64,000 nucleotides of DNA from an uncultured bacterium. Its GTDB lineage: Bacteria; Acidobacteriota; HRBIN11; JAKEFK01. Below, piece by piece: positions 51,270 through 60,523 of the stretch. Where the stretch lies: the NCBI GenBank assembly GCA_963777505.1, contig CAVZQN010000003.1, positions 384,001 to 448,000 of the forward strand. The letters are read 5' to 3'. The notes beneath the pieces are model-generated. The model searched no databases. It saw nothing but the letters and a program-made list of their open reading frames with translations, and was not told the origin of the DNA. Position numbers and translations under genes: made by a program. The stretch's first letter is position 1; the number at the start of each line of letters is the position of its first letter.

Positions 51270-51285
51270 TGCAAGCACCATGCCA
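51270..51285 (-). promoter_or_regulatory. sigma54 (-24/-12) promoter
   Basis: Minus strand TGGCATGGTGCTTGCA (GG-N10-GC), 38 nt upstream of ATG 51232. Confidence 0.75.
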
Positions 51286-51406
51286 TACTCTCTATCGTCG
51301 AGAAATCTAAGGGAGACTGTCCTTAAACAAGGACGAATGAAATATTGTGCATCTTTGCGGTTGAGGAAACATTGTGTACTCTTGTTCGTATTACAATCGG
51401 ATACAA

Positions 51407-53023
51407 ATGGCATATTTACTTGTTCCGGATAAAAAGCAAACGCGCAAAATCCCGATTCGTAAAGAGACATTCTTTATCGGTCGGGCACGTGAAAACGATT
51501 TAATGCTTGCATCAGATTCATTGTCGCGTTTTCACGCTCAGATAACGAAAAGTAGTGGAGCGTTTGTAGTTCAGGATCGAGGTTCATTAAATGGTGTTTT
51601 CGTAAATGGCACAAGAATCGGGCAAGAGAAGAAGTTACAGGATGGCGACATTCTAGGATTTGGAGACATTCACGTTCGATTTTGCATGGAGGATCGTGAA
51701 AGTGTTCGTCCTGCCGGACGTACTCCGGATCAAGTGCAGCGATATCCTGTTGCAGCACTTGTAGATTCCACGCGATATAAACCGGAAAAGAAACAACGCT
51801 ACCTGGATCTCCTCTACAGTTTTAGTGCCAAACTATTGCAACAATCACCGTCATCGGATCTTGGTGAAGTTGCGCTGGAATTAATTCAAGATGTATGGAA
51901 CCCTGATCGAAGTTGTCTAATGCAACGCGATGAGGCCGAATGGCAGATCATGACTCAACGGTTTGGAAAAAATCCGATGCTTACTGGAGATAATATCGAA
52001 ATCAGCAGCAAGCTTATTTCGGAACTGGAATCGCGTGAAGAAGCCTTACTGATTGTGAATCGAAAAGAAGACAAAACGTTTCAAGCTTCCGAAAGTTTGC
52101 AAAGACAGAATGTTCGCTCTTTGTTGTGTGCTCCACTCTGGAACAATCGTAAAATCCATGGATTCTTTTATGCCGATTTGGTTTTTTCGGACCGAAGCTT
52201 TAGCTACGATGATCTCGAAATGTTTGCAATTCTCGCCAATCTGATGGCCATTAAGTGGGAAAACGATCAACTCTGGCATCAATCATTAAGGCAGCAGCAA
52301 CTCGAACAAGAACTAAACCTGGCGGGACAGATTCAGCGTAAATTCTTTCCTACCAGCTTTCCAGAACTTACAGGATACGAATTTGCAGCGACTTCAATTC
52401 CTACGCGCAAAGTGGGAGGTGATGCCTACTTCTGGCATGAACGCAGCGATGGTCGTCTTGTGATTATGATTGCCGATGTAATGGGAAAAGGCCTTCCTTC
52501 TTCGCTTCTCATGTCACAGGTTCAAGCCATCATGAAAATTTATTCAGAACAATTTGGATCGGCGGCGGAAATTGTTACAGCTGTAAACGAATTTATTTAT
52601 CGCTACAGTACACAAGAAAAATTCATAAGCATGGTTGTGATGGTGATGGATCCTGAAACTGGGAAAATGAATTTTTGCAACGCCGGTCATAATCCGCCAT
52701 TTAGCACCAATATCTCTTGCAAGGTCCAACGTTATGACGATGGAGGCATGCCCGTTGGTGTGTTTTTAGACCAGGTTTATGCTCAAGGAGAAGCGACCCT
52801 TGGTCCGAATGAAACTTTGATTTTATACACAGATGGAATTGTTGAAGCACGCAATGAACAGGATTTTGAGTTTGGAATGGACCAGTTGATTCAAACCGTC
52901 GAAGAAAATTGTTCGAAACCTGCCGCTGAACTACAGGACATCATCATCAAAAAAGTTAGAGATGAATGGCTCGCCACCGACCAAGAGGATGACTGGACGC
53001 TCTTGATTGTGAAGCGTAAGTAA
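51407..53023 (+). CDS. FHA-GAF-PP2C (SpoIIE/RsbU-type) phosphatase
   Basis: FHA IGR..SR.HA..D.GS.NG; GAF SLLCAPL; PP2C VGGD, IADVMGKG, NAGH, YTDG, DD.T. Confidence 0.9.
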   Translation: MAYLLVPDKKQTRKIPIRKETFFIGRARENDLMLASDSLSRFHAQITKSSGAFVVQDRGSLNGVFVNGTRIGQEKKLQDGDILGFGDIHVRFCMEDRESVRPAGRTPDQVQRYPVAALVDSTRYKPEKKQRYLDLLYSFSAKLLQQSPSSDLGEVALELIQDVWNPDRSCLMQRDEAEWQIMTQRFGKNPMLTGDNIEISSKLISELESREEALLIVNRKEDKTFQASESLQRQNVRSLLCAPLWNNRKIHGFFYADLVFSDRSFSYDDLEMFAILANLMAIKWENDQLWHQSLRQQQLEQELNLAGQIQRKFFPTSFPELTGYEFAATSIPTRKVGGDAYFWHERSDGRLVIMIADVMGKGLPSSLLMSQVQAIMKIYSEQFGSAAEIVTAVNEFIYRYSTQEKFISMVVMVMDPETGKMNFCNAGHNPPFSTNISCKVQRYDDGGMPVGVFLDQVYAQGEATLGPNETLILYTDGIVEARNEQDFEFGMDQLIQTVEENCSKPAAELQDIIIKKVRDEWLATDQEDDWTLLIVKRK

Positions 53024-53152
53024 CCCCTTACACCTGCCGGCTGAAAGGGAGCAGGGGAGGGGGGAGAAAGGGAGAAAGAGATTCATCTGGAGAAAAACAG
53101 AATGTGCAGCAGTGAGTAAACTGGAAATCTCCACATTAGTGAAGAGGGAAAG

Positions 53153-53224
53153 TGGGCGATAGAGGATTTGAACCTCTGACTTCTACCGTGTGAAGGTAGC
53201 ACTCTCCCACTGAGTTAATCGCCC
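53153..53224 (-). tRNA. tRNA-Val (CAC), CCA not encoded
   Basis: Reverse complement GGGCGAT..ATCGCCC acceptor, anticodon arm CTACC-TTCACAC-GGTAG, GGTTCAAATCC. Confidence 0.95.
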
Positions 53225-53291
53225 AATACCGTTAATTTACCATATCCATATCTCAGTCGCCATGCGTCTCTGCGGTTTGGCTAAATGGTTT

Positions 53292-54141
53292 TCAATTGTG
53301 CACTAGTTTATAAATTTCGTTGCGAGGACGCCCTGCTTCACGGACGAGTTTCTTAATCGCATCTTTACGGCTTAATCCTTCACTCACGAGTTGTTGAAAG
53401 CGAATCTTGATGGTTTCCTCGCTCATTTCAATGATTTCTTCTTTTCCTGGTGCAATGACAACCGTACACTCTCCAATCCATTTTTTATTCGCGAGTTGTT
53501 CCATGAGTTGGGCCGCTGTTCCTCGCAAGACTTCCTCATGCAGTTTGGTCATTTCCCGGCATAAGGCGACATTTCGATTGCCAAGGGTTGCTGCAATTTC
53601 ACGCAATAAGCTATGAATTCGTTCGGGTGATTCAAAAAGGACAAGAGTATGATCTTGCAATATGGAAAGTTGTTGCAGCGCTTTTTTTCGTGCTCCCGGG
53701 CGTACAGGCAAAAAGCCAAAAAAAGAAAACGGTTGAGCAGAAAATCCACTGAGAAGCAGAGCATTGGTGACAGCGCTCGGTCCAGGAATAGAAGTGAAAA
53801 AAAGGTTTTCTGTGATCATCTGTTGAATCAAGAGATGACCCGGATCCGAAATGAGTGGCGCGCCGGCATCGGAAATTAAAGCAAATGTCTTTCCCTTCTT
53901 TCATCATTGAAATAATTTTCTTTACGCGTCCGCGTTCGTTATGTTCATGAAAACTAACAAGTTTGCTTTTCAGATTGAATCGCGACTTCAATTTTTGTGC
54001 GCGGCGCGTATCTTCTGATAAGACATAATCGACGTTGTTTAAAGTTTCGATTGCGCGGGATGAAAGATCGCCCAGATTGCCGATTGGCGTAGGAATGATA
54101 AAAAGATTTAGAGTTCTTTCAGACTCAGATAAAGATCGCAA
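53292..54141 (-). CDS. rsmI: 16S rRNA C1402 2'-O-methyltransferase (apparent +1 frameshift near 53894)
   Basis: TPIGNLGD, EDTR, ISDAG.P.ISDPG (after correction), IPGPSA, FESP.R, RE.TKLHEE. Confidence 0.9.
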
Positions 54142-55616
54142 AGGAAATGATGGATGTAAAGCAAATTCTGCGGATCAGGATCGGAATCAAGAAGACGTTT
54201 GAAACGCAAAAACCGCCGGAATTTAATATCCAGGGCAAAAATCTTCAGCGCTTCATTCCCATTCAAGATTTCTTGTTTCGGATATAGTTTTGTCAGGAGA
54301 TGTAAATAGCCATTTCTTGCTGTGCTGAGCGCATCTTCATATCGTTTCTCAGCAATTTGTTGTTCCATCGTTTGCATCAAACTTGAAAATTCGCCGGCAT
54401 CTTCAAATAAAACTTCATAGGAGAAAGGCGGCACGGATGCTTCCATTGTGGAATCAATATCAGGTGGTTCTTCAGCAATCAGTTCCGAAGCAGTTTCATC
54501 AGAAAGTTCTTCAACCGGTTCTACTTCCAGCGGTTCTACTTCCAACGGTTCTGGTTCCAGTGGTTCTGGTTCTTCTACGGCTTCAAAGTCTTCCGCATCG
54601 TCAGCGACCAGATCGTATGTCGGTTCCTCAATTGAAGGTTGTTGACTAAAGGGCGAATTCTTTAGAACTGTCGTTTCATCATCAAATTCTGCAACAGGCT
54701 CAACTTCTTGAATTACCTCATCCGGTTCATCTGGTGCTTCTAAAGTATCAGGCAATTCAGGTTCAAGTGCTGCAAGCGGATCCTCTTCGATCTCTGCCTC
54801 AAATTTTTCTTCAGGCTCCGGCTCCACAGTATGAATCGGTTCAGGTGGCGCAGGAGGTGGTGGAGGTGGCGTCGCAACTCTTGAAGCAGGTGTGAATGGC
54901 AGAGGAGTAATTAATGCTTGTGCTGTTGTCTGTGTAGGTTCTGGACGCTTTGATGCTGGAAGCGGTTGCTCAATCGCTGATCCACCTGCTGTATAAAGTG
55001 AAGTAGTGGTTCGCGAACGTTTTTGAAGAAGAGCTTTTTTGCTTAGATCGTTGAATACAAGTTTCGTAATACTTTTTAACGCGTCAAGAACACCAATTCC
55101 GGTCGTAGCAACAGTTTCAAAAAAGGGAACATTATAACGATTTAAGATCTGGTTCATTTCCTCGGAAGCCATGACATCCGGCAAATCCATTTTGTTAAAT
55201 TCCAAAACATGCGGAAGATCCTTTAAGTCTTTGCCAAGTTCGCGCAGGTTTTCTTCCATGTTGTTGAAGCTTTCAAGGTTTCCAAGCTTTTTGAGCCGTT
55301 GAGCATCGGCAACAAAAACAAGTCCATCTGCCCCACGCAAAACTAGTTTTCGAGTCGCGTTGTAACGGACCTGACCGGGGACGGTATAGAGCTGAACTCT
55401 TACTGCGAATTCCTGGATCCTTCCGAGATTCAGTGGTAGGAAATCAAAGTAAATCGTCCTATCTTCTTCCGTTGCAAGGGAAATCATTTTCCCCTTGTTT
55501 TCAGGAGCAAGATTATTGTGAATAAATTGAAGCGAGGTTGTCTTCCCGCCAAGGCCAGGGCCGTAATAGACGATTTTTGCCGTTATTTCCCGTGTGGCAA
55601 AGTTAACAAATGCCAT
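54108..55616 (-). CDS. mglA: MglA-family small GTPase with long Pro/acidic linker and C-terminal helical domain
   Basis: KIVYYGPGLGGKTT, RTIYFDF, YTVPGQV.Y, GADG..FVAD, NK.D. Confidence 0.85.
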   Translation of the reverse strand: MAFVNFATREITAKIVYYGPGLGGKTTSLQFIHNNLAPENKGKMISLATEEDRTIYFDFLPLNLGRIQEFAVRVQLYTVPGQVRYNATRKLVLRGADGLVFVADAQRLKKLGNLESFNNMEENLRELGKDLKDLPHVLEFNKMDLPDVMASEEMNQILNRYNVPFFETVATTGIGVLDALKSITKLVFNDLSKKALLQKRSRTTTSLYTAGGSAIEQPLPASKRPEPTQTTAQALITPLPFTPASRVATPPPPPPAPPEPIHTVEPEPEEKFEAEIEEDPLAALEPELPDTLEAPDEPDEVIQEVEPVAEFDDETTVLKNSPFSQQPSIEEPTYDLVADDAEDFEAVEEPEPLEPEPLEVEPLEVEPVEELSDETASELIAEEPPDIDSTMEASVPPFSYEVLFEDAGEFSSLMQTMEQQIAEKRYEDALSTARNGYLHLLTKLYPKQEILNGNEALKIFALDIKFRRFLRFKRLLDSDPDPQNLLYIHHFLCDLYLSLKEL

Positions 55617-55705
55617 TGTGAATAGTCGAGCCTTAATCCCTCTAGTTTTATCTATCTTATCTCGAAGAAAAGCGAAAAAGCAACCTTTTATGAGAATAGG
55701 GAGTG

Positions 55706-56485
55706 TTAACCGGGAGGATTTTCGGGATTTTCATCGTCACTGCGGGGGCTGAAGAAAGTATCTGTGACCTGGCGGCATGAGCGGACAGTTTCTCCGGCCG
55801 CTTCATAAGCTTCTCGATACTTTTCCTCGGACAATTGCCCTCGTACAAATCTCATAGTAAGCCAGACGTAGTACGTTGTAAGAGCATCATCCATACAATA
55901 GTCTTTAATGCGGATCCGCTCTCCTTTATCGTGCAATTCTTCAACCAATGAGCCATCAATGTCAGTTTTGCCGGGGAGGCCTAGAAGTTTCGCAATCAGA
56001 TTTAATGAAGGACGGCTACTGGCGCCAAAACCTGAGAGGTCGTCGCAAATATCGTGGCTCTCTTCAAAGGAATAACGGCTCCGATCCTCCTGCATCACAG
56101 TTGGGATTCTGTGTTTCATCGATCGATAAAACAAAACAGGAAGGTCAAACCCACGGCCATTAAAATGCACAAGCGTACTTTTTACAGGAATATTCCCTTT
56201 TCTAAAACGTACAATTCTCCAGAATTGCTGAAGTAGTGTTTTCTCATCAGGATTTTCTGCAACGGCCGCATTCAGGACTTTACACGTTTCACAATCTACA
56301 TCCAGCAATCCAATACAAATCGGACGATGAAAAGGCGGAGGCAGAAAACCACTGGCATATTTCGTCCGCACTGCATCCTGAAGTTCTGCAAGTGGAGCTA
56401 CTGGACTGACTGTAAAAAGCCGTGAGACCAGTTCACGATCCAGCACAGTTTCAATATCTAAAATTAAAAATCTTCGATCCATCAT
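55706..56485 (-). CDS. PolB-like 3'-5' exonuclease (DEDD, stand-alone)
   Basis: LDIET, FNGRGFDLPVL, H.D..D, GK....GS.V, YC..D...T. Confidence 0.85.
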   Translation of the reverse strand: MMDRRFLILDIETVLDRELVSRLFTVSPVAPLAELQDAVRTKYASGFLPPPFHRPICIGLLDVDCETCKVLNAAVAENPDEKTLLQQFWRIVRFRKGNIPVKSTLVHFNGRGFDLPVLFYRSMKHRIPTVMQEDRSRYSFEESHDICDDLSGFGASSRPSLNLIAKLLGLPGKTDIDGSLVEELHDKGERIRIKDYCMDDALTTYYVWLTMRFVRGQLSEEKYREAYEAAGETVRSCRQVTDTFFSPRSDDENPENPPG

Positions 56486-56548
56486 AAAAGAGTATAACTC
56501 CGTGTTTCCGTTTAATTCAGCTGAATAGAAGCTCTAGCTCGGCCGGTG

Positions 56549-57127
56549 TTACAAACTCCAATCCACATTATCCAGTTCCGGACATTCTTTTTGAAATCGT
56601 TCATTCCTCTCAAGATTGCGGATCCATTCATAGAAAATGCTTTTAGCGCTCACGATAACCGCGCCCGCATTTCGCATTCGATTCAGTCCGATTTCTTGTC
56701 CATTTTCGGGTGAAGCTGTTGCATCGGCAACAACTGCGACACGAAATCCATGTTCAAGCAGTCCGATCGCTGAATGTGCAACGCAAACGTCCGTTTCAAG
56801 GCCGATTAAAACAGCAGTGTTGCGTTGAGTCTCTTGAACTTGTTTCATAATGTCGGATTGGTATGTCAGTCCAAAAATGCTTTTATCAAAAACGCGAGTT
56901 CCAGACGGCAGCGATTGTAGAATTTTTGGAGCAACGGGGTGTTTTTGTAGTTCTTCAGCCGTAACAATTATTGGGATCTTTCTCCATTCTGCAACCTTCA
57001 TGAGCCATGCGGCGCGCTTCAACAATCGATCGCTTTCTTCAGTTGGTAACTTCTTGAGAAAGTAATCCTGGATATCAATCGCAATTAATACAGAGTCATC
57101 TGCATCAATCAGCGCATGCGAAGTCAT
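56549..57127 (-). CDS. isochorismatase-family hydrolase
   Basis: IDIQ, K..F, GLETDVCV; ATGA overlap with the upstream gene. Confidence 0.85.
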   Translation of the reverse strand: MTSHALIDADDSVLIAIDIQDYFLKKLPTEESDRLLKRAAWLMKVAEWRKIPIIVTAEELQKHPVAPKILQSLPSGTRVFDKSIFGLTYQSDIMKQVQETQRNTAVLIGLETDVCVAHSAIGLLEHGFRVAVVADATASPENGQEIGLNRMRNAGAVIVSAKSIFYEWIRNLERNERFQKECPELDNVDWSL

Positions 57128-58041
57128 GGCAAGGGCTCGGTTCTTTCTAACTCCGAACGATTCCACTTTCCTAGATCGGCCCCGGCCTCATATGTACTCT
57201 GTGCAAAATCAAGCACTGCATCATCAATCGATGAAGACTTTAGCGCCTCATCATATGGATAGATGAATTCTCGCATCTGAGGACTGTAACCTGCTCCGTC
57301 AGGACGTACAGGTGCAGCAGAAAATCCCTCCGGTTCAGGATATGTGTAGGAATAAAACGCGGGTTGTGGATATTGATCATTTCCAGGCCACCACCCACAA
57401 CTGCTGACTTCGTGTGAGTATGCTTCTCGTACCACCCAATCAGGCATATAAGGGACGCCTCCAGGATGTTGAGGCGCTCTTCTGCCAGAAAAGCGTGTTA
57501 CGGCCAGATCGAAACTTCCCCAAAAGAAATGAACCGGGCTGCATTTTCCCCAAAAGCGCGCTCGAAATTTTTTCAGCACACGATCTGCTTGAGCCAGGGC
57601 CCGCCAGAAGCGATGCACATATTCAGCATCATAAGATTTGTGTTCAGTGTCTTTATCGAATTGTATCGGTTCGGGGAGTTCGTTCGGTGTCTTATGAATT
57701 TTTATTTTAAGATCCAGTTCGGAAAGTTTGGCAAATAGTTCTTTGTAAAAATCCGCAACAGAACGAGGGCCTAACCCCATTGTTCTTGCTGTGCCATCGA
57801 TTGTTGTTATCAAAAGTTGATGATCGATAAAATCAAAATCAATTTGAAACGTGCGCTGGCCATAAGGAATCGAAGTTGTAGTTAAACCGCGAGGCGTCAC
57901 ATACAGTGTCGAGTGCCATGAATGGTTGATCCACGGCGATTGTACGAGGCGGATTTTCCCAACGATTTGTGTCAAAAGATGAAGTGTAGAACACGTATCT
58001 TTCCATTCTGCCAAAGGTAGTTTCGGCCAATATTCATTCAT
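57124..58041 (-). CDS. DUF5996 family protein
   Basis: W.DT..TLH...QIVGK, NH.WH, SPVHFFWGSFDLA.TRFSGR, AYSHE..S.G.WPG. Confidence 0.85.
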   Translation of the reverse strand: MNEYWPKLPLAEWKDTCSTLHLLTQIVGKIRLVQSPWINHSWHSTLYVTPRGLTTTSIPYGQRTFQIDFDFIDHQLLITTIDGTARTMGLGPRSVADFYKELFAKLSELDLKIKIHKTPNELPEPIQFDKDTEHKSYDAEYVHRFWRALAQADRVLKKFRARFWGKCSPVHFFWGSFDLAVTRFSGRRAPQHPGGVPYMPDWVVREAYSHEVSSCGWWPGNDQYPQPAFYSYTYPEPEGFSAAPVRPDGAGYSPQMREFIYPYDEALKSSSIDDAVLDFAQSTYEAGADLGKWNRSELERTEPLP

Positions 58042-58071
58042 ACGAATTCTCCGTTAGATTTTTAGAAAAGA

Positions 58072-58587
58072 TTATTTAATGAACGTAGTGTCAAAGGAAT
58101 AATCTTTCGTAGGTTCACAATACGTATTTTCGCCACAATATCCATTTCCGCCAAGAAGCTGACCTTTGAGGCGTTTGCCATCGTTTACCTCAAATTTCAA
58201 CACAACACTTGGCAGACCGTTGGAGATAGAGATCATTTCCATAGCGATGGCGCCATTTCCGGGACATTGAGTCAAGAGCTGCGGTGTATTTGTGCTATCA
58301 AGTTCAACAAGAACAAATGGCGCCTTCTTGGACTCACACCATTGCCGCAACATTTCGGCTTTATTGTTTGAAGTTTTCCAGGCTCCCGATGGAACCTGGT
58401 CTGTAAGTAACAGCCAAACCTGTTTCTTTGTGCCGGTACCAGTTGTCTGAGCATAACTATATTTTGGTTGAAATTGAAAGTCCGCCATAACGCCTTTTCC
58501 ACTTGCTATATTGGTTTGTTCATCCGCTGACAGTGAATAACTTATGATTAAGAATCCAGCCACCAGAATTGTTAACATTAATTTCAT
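58072..58587 (-). CDS. hypothetical secreted protein with four Cys
   Basis: Signal peptide, GGAGG RBS; no family recognised. Confidence 0.6.
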   Translation of the reverse strand: MKLMLTILVAGFLIISYSLSADEQTNIASGKGVMADFQFQPKYSYAQTTGTGTKKQVWLLLTDQVPSGAWKTSNNKAEMLRQWCESKKAPFVLVELDSTNTPQLLTQCPGNGAIAMEMISISNGLPSVVLKFEVNDGKRLKGQLLGGNGYCGENTYCEPTKDYSFDTTFIK

Positions 58588-58698
58588 AGAATTCCCTCCA
58601 TTTTGAATTATTTCAGAAGACTAAAGTTCTGTAACCTGATTTGCATTCCCTGAATAGATTCTAACCGATTGCGCCGGTGCGCAATTTTGTTGGCAAGT

Positions 58699-59052
58699 CT
58701 AACCGATGGAAAATTTATCGATAACCCATAACCACGTTCCGTCGCTTTGCTGGCGAGCAACCTCGGCAGTCACAGTACCATCCGGAAGCTGCGTTGAGGT
58801 GAGCGCCAAATCTCCGCAGATTATCGCCGCGCGTTGAATTCCGCGTTCGAACTTTCGTCCGGTCGCAACCACTTCAGCAAAGAATTTGCGAATTGCATCT
58901 TTACCCACCACTAATTGTCCTCCACCGCAATCAAGAACGGCGTGGGACTCATAAAGGGCGACCATTCCATCAACGTCTCCCAAATGCTCCCGGGAAACCA
59001 ATAACTGTTCCAAATCCTGTGGATCATAAACCAGTTTCGTTTGATCATTCAT
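58699..59052 (-). CDS. SnoaL/NTF2-like (YybH-type) protein
   Basis: GD......LYE..A, G...IR, GDLAL, EVARQQ.DG.W..VID. Confidence 0.8.
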   Translation of the reverse strand: MNDQTKLVYDPQDLEQLLVSREHLGDVDGMVALYESHAVLDCGGGQLVVGKDAIRKFFAEVVATGRKFERGIQRAAIICGDLALTSTQLPDGTVTAEVARQQSDGTWLWVIDKFSIG

Positions 59053-59086
59053 AGATTTAGTGTCCCTTGATCAACAGTTTATGTCA

Positions 59087-59605
59087 CTATCGTAAGTTTT
59101 TTCTGTGAATTAGAAAACCGATTGTAAAAAGAATCAAACATGGCACCCAGACGAAAAAGAATTCTGATGTAAGTACCGAAAGTGCAGGCCCCGACAGAAA
59201 ATGACTGATGCCGATCGGTGATACTTCGATTGGATGTATCGGGAAAAAATATCGAACGTTGCTAAACGGCGAAAAGAATGCAACACCTAGACCACCGTTG
59301 GTGAGTGCATCAAGAATTCCATGCGATACAGTGCACAAGAACAAAAAGATGAAAGTCTGCAATTGTTCCAGCTTTCGAAAGAAAACAAAAGTTATTGCAG
59401 CACTTAAGATTGCAGCAAAGATTAACGAATGTGAAAAACCGCGATGGCCGAGCACATCACCGTAATTAATCCCGAAGCCAAATCCAACAACATCAAAATC
59501 AGGAATAACTGAGCATATGGCGCCGGCTACATAAATGGATGGCCGTAATCTGAATGCAGGATGCAAAGCCAACACGATTGCAGGATGAGAAATGATCGTA
59601 GGCAT
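59087..59605 (-). CDS. YdjM/YbcI-like inner-membrane metal-dependent hydrolase
   Basis: H, PDFD, HRGFSHS, SHGILD, GG.GVA. Confidence 0.85.
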   Translation of the reverse strand: MPTIISHPAIVLALHPAFRLRPSIYVAGAICSVIPDFDVVGFGFGINYGDVLGHRGFSHSLIFAAILSAAITFVFFRKLEQLQTFIFLFLCTVSHGILDALTNGGLGVAFFSPFSNVRYFFPIHPIEVSPIGISHFLSGPALSVLTSEFFFVWVPCLILFTIGFLIHRKNLR

Positions 59606-59710
59606 TAAGAGTAAACGTCAAATCAGGGTACGGCCCTGATTTTTATGACTCGCTAGTCGTTCTCTTTATCAACAATATATTCAATCATCATTCCAACGTT
59701 TTTTTCAGTA

Positions 59711-60052
59711 TCACTTATGCCGGTATGTATCTACGTGAGATACGCGAGATCCCTTACTATTGTTCACGCCTTGATTTTTCAGACGTTCGAGTTCTTCGAT
59801 GCAATCCTTGATGTGAGACGTAACATCATCCTGCTGGAACTCTGGATCAATTGATTGGTAAATGCTTCGAAGCTGTTCGAGCGCTTTTGTACTAGCGTGT
59901 GCGGATTGCTCATTCAAAGCACTAAGGTCCTTTAGCAAATCATTCAAGAAGTGCCGGCGTTTAGGATCGGGCGAGCCGCTTCGTTCATCAGCAATGTATT
60001 CAATCAGCAGCCCTACCATTTCTTCTGAATCCGACCAATCGATAAATGTCAT
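59711..60052 (-). CDS. small helical hypothetical protein
   Basis: ORF 15 nt downstream of the SnoaL gene; no family recognised. Confidence 0.55.
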   Translation of the reverse strand: MTFIDWSDSEEMVGLLIEYIADERSGSPDPKRRHFLNDLLKDLSALNEQSAHASTKALEQLRSIYQSIDPEFQQDDVTSHIKDCIEELERLKNQGVNNSKGSRVSHVDTYRHK

Positions 60053-60067
60053 TTCGATGCCGTGGCC

Positions 60068-60463
60068 TTAATCGGTTTTGAGCGCTTTTTGTACGAGCAC
60101 AGTGTCGGTGAATTGGCGAAATTTGATGATTTTTCCATCTTGAAAGTTGCACACGTGAACAAATGGAGCGGAGAACGATTTTCCAGTTGTCTTGTATTTG
60201 CCTCCGTATTCTCCGATTGCCACAACTGTGTCACCCTCACTCACAAACTCGCTGGGAACAGCAGAGTATCCATCCCACTCGGTACCCAATTTCATAAATA
60301 CATTTTCAAGGACCGCATTAGGACCAACATATGTTCCGCCATATGGAAATCCTTCTGCTTCAGTCCAACTGATATTCGGATCGAGTATGCCAAGAACAGA
60401 AGGTATGTCACCTTTGGCAAATGCTTCATAAAGGCGGCGCATAGTTTCGGAATTAGTGGACAT
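60068..60463 (-). CDS. SnoaL-like/NTF2 family protein
   Basis: YEAFAKGD, W.EAEG.PYGG.Y.G, GD.V...G.Y, GKI..F.Q..DT; AAGGAG RBS. Confidence 0.85.
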   Translation of the reverse strand: MSTNSETMRRLYEAFAKGDIPSVLGILDPNISWTEAEGFPYGGTYVGPNAVLENVFMKLGTEWDGYSAVPSEFVSEGDTVVAIGEYGGKYKTTGKSFSAPFVHVCNFQDGKIIKFRQFTDTVLVQKALKTD

Positions 60464-60523
60464 GAGTTTTTCTCCTTTAGTTCGATTATAGCCGAACAAG
60501 AACTGCTCTAAAGATTCTGGAAT

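Noticed and set aside
53024-53291. tRNA-Val as an integration site of an island or prophage
   Set aside because: No duplicated tRNA 3' end and no integrase in the window; same for tRNA-Gln.
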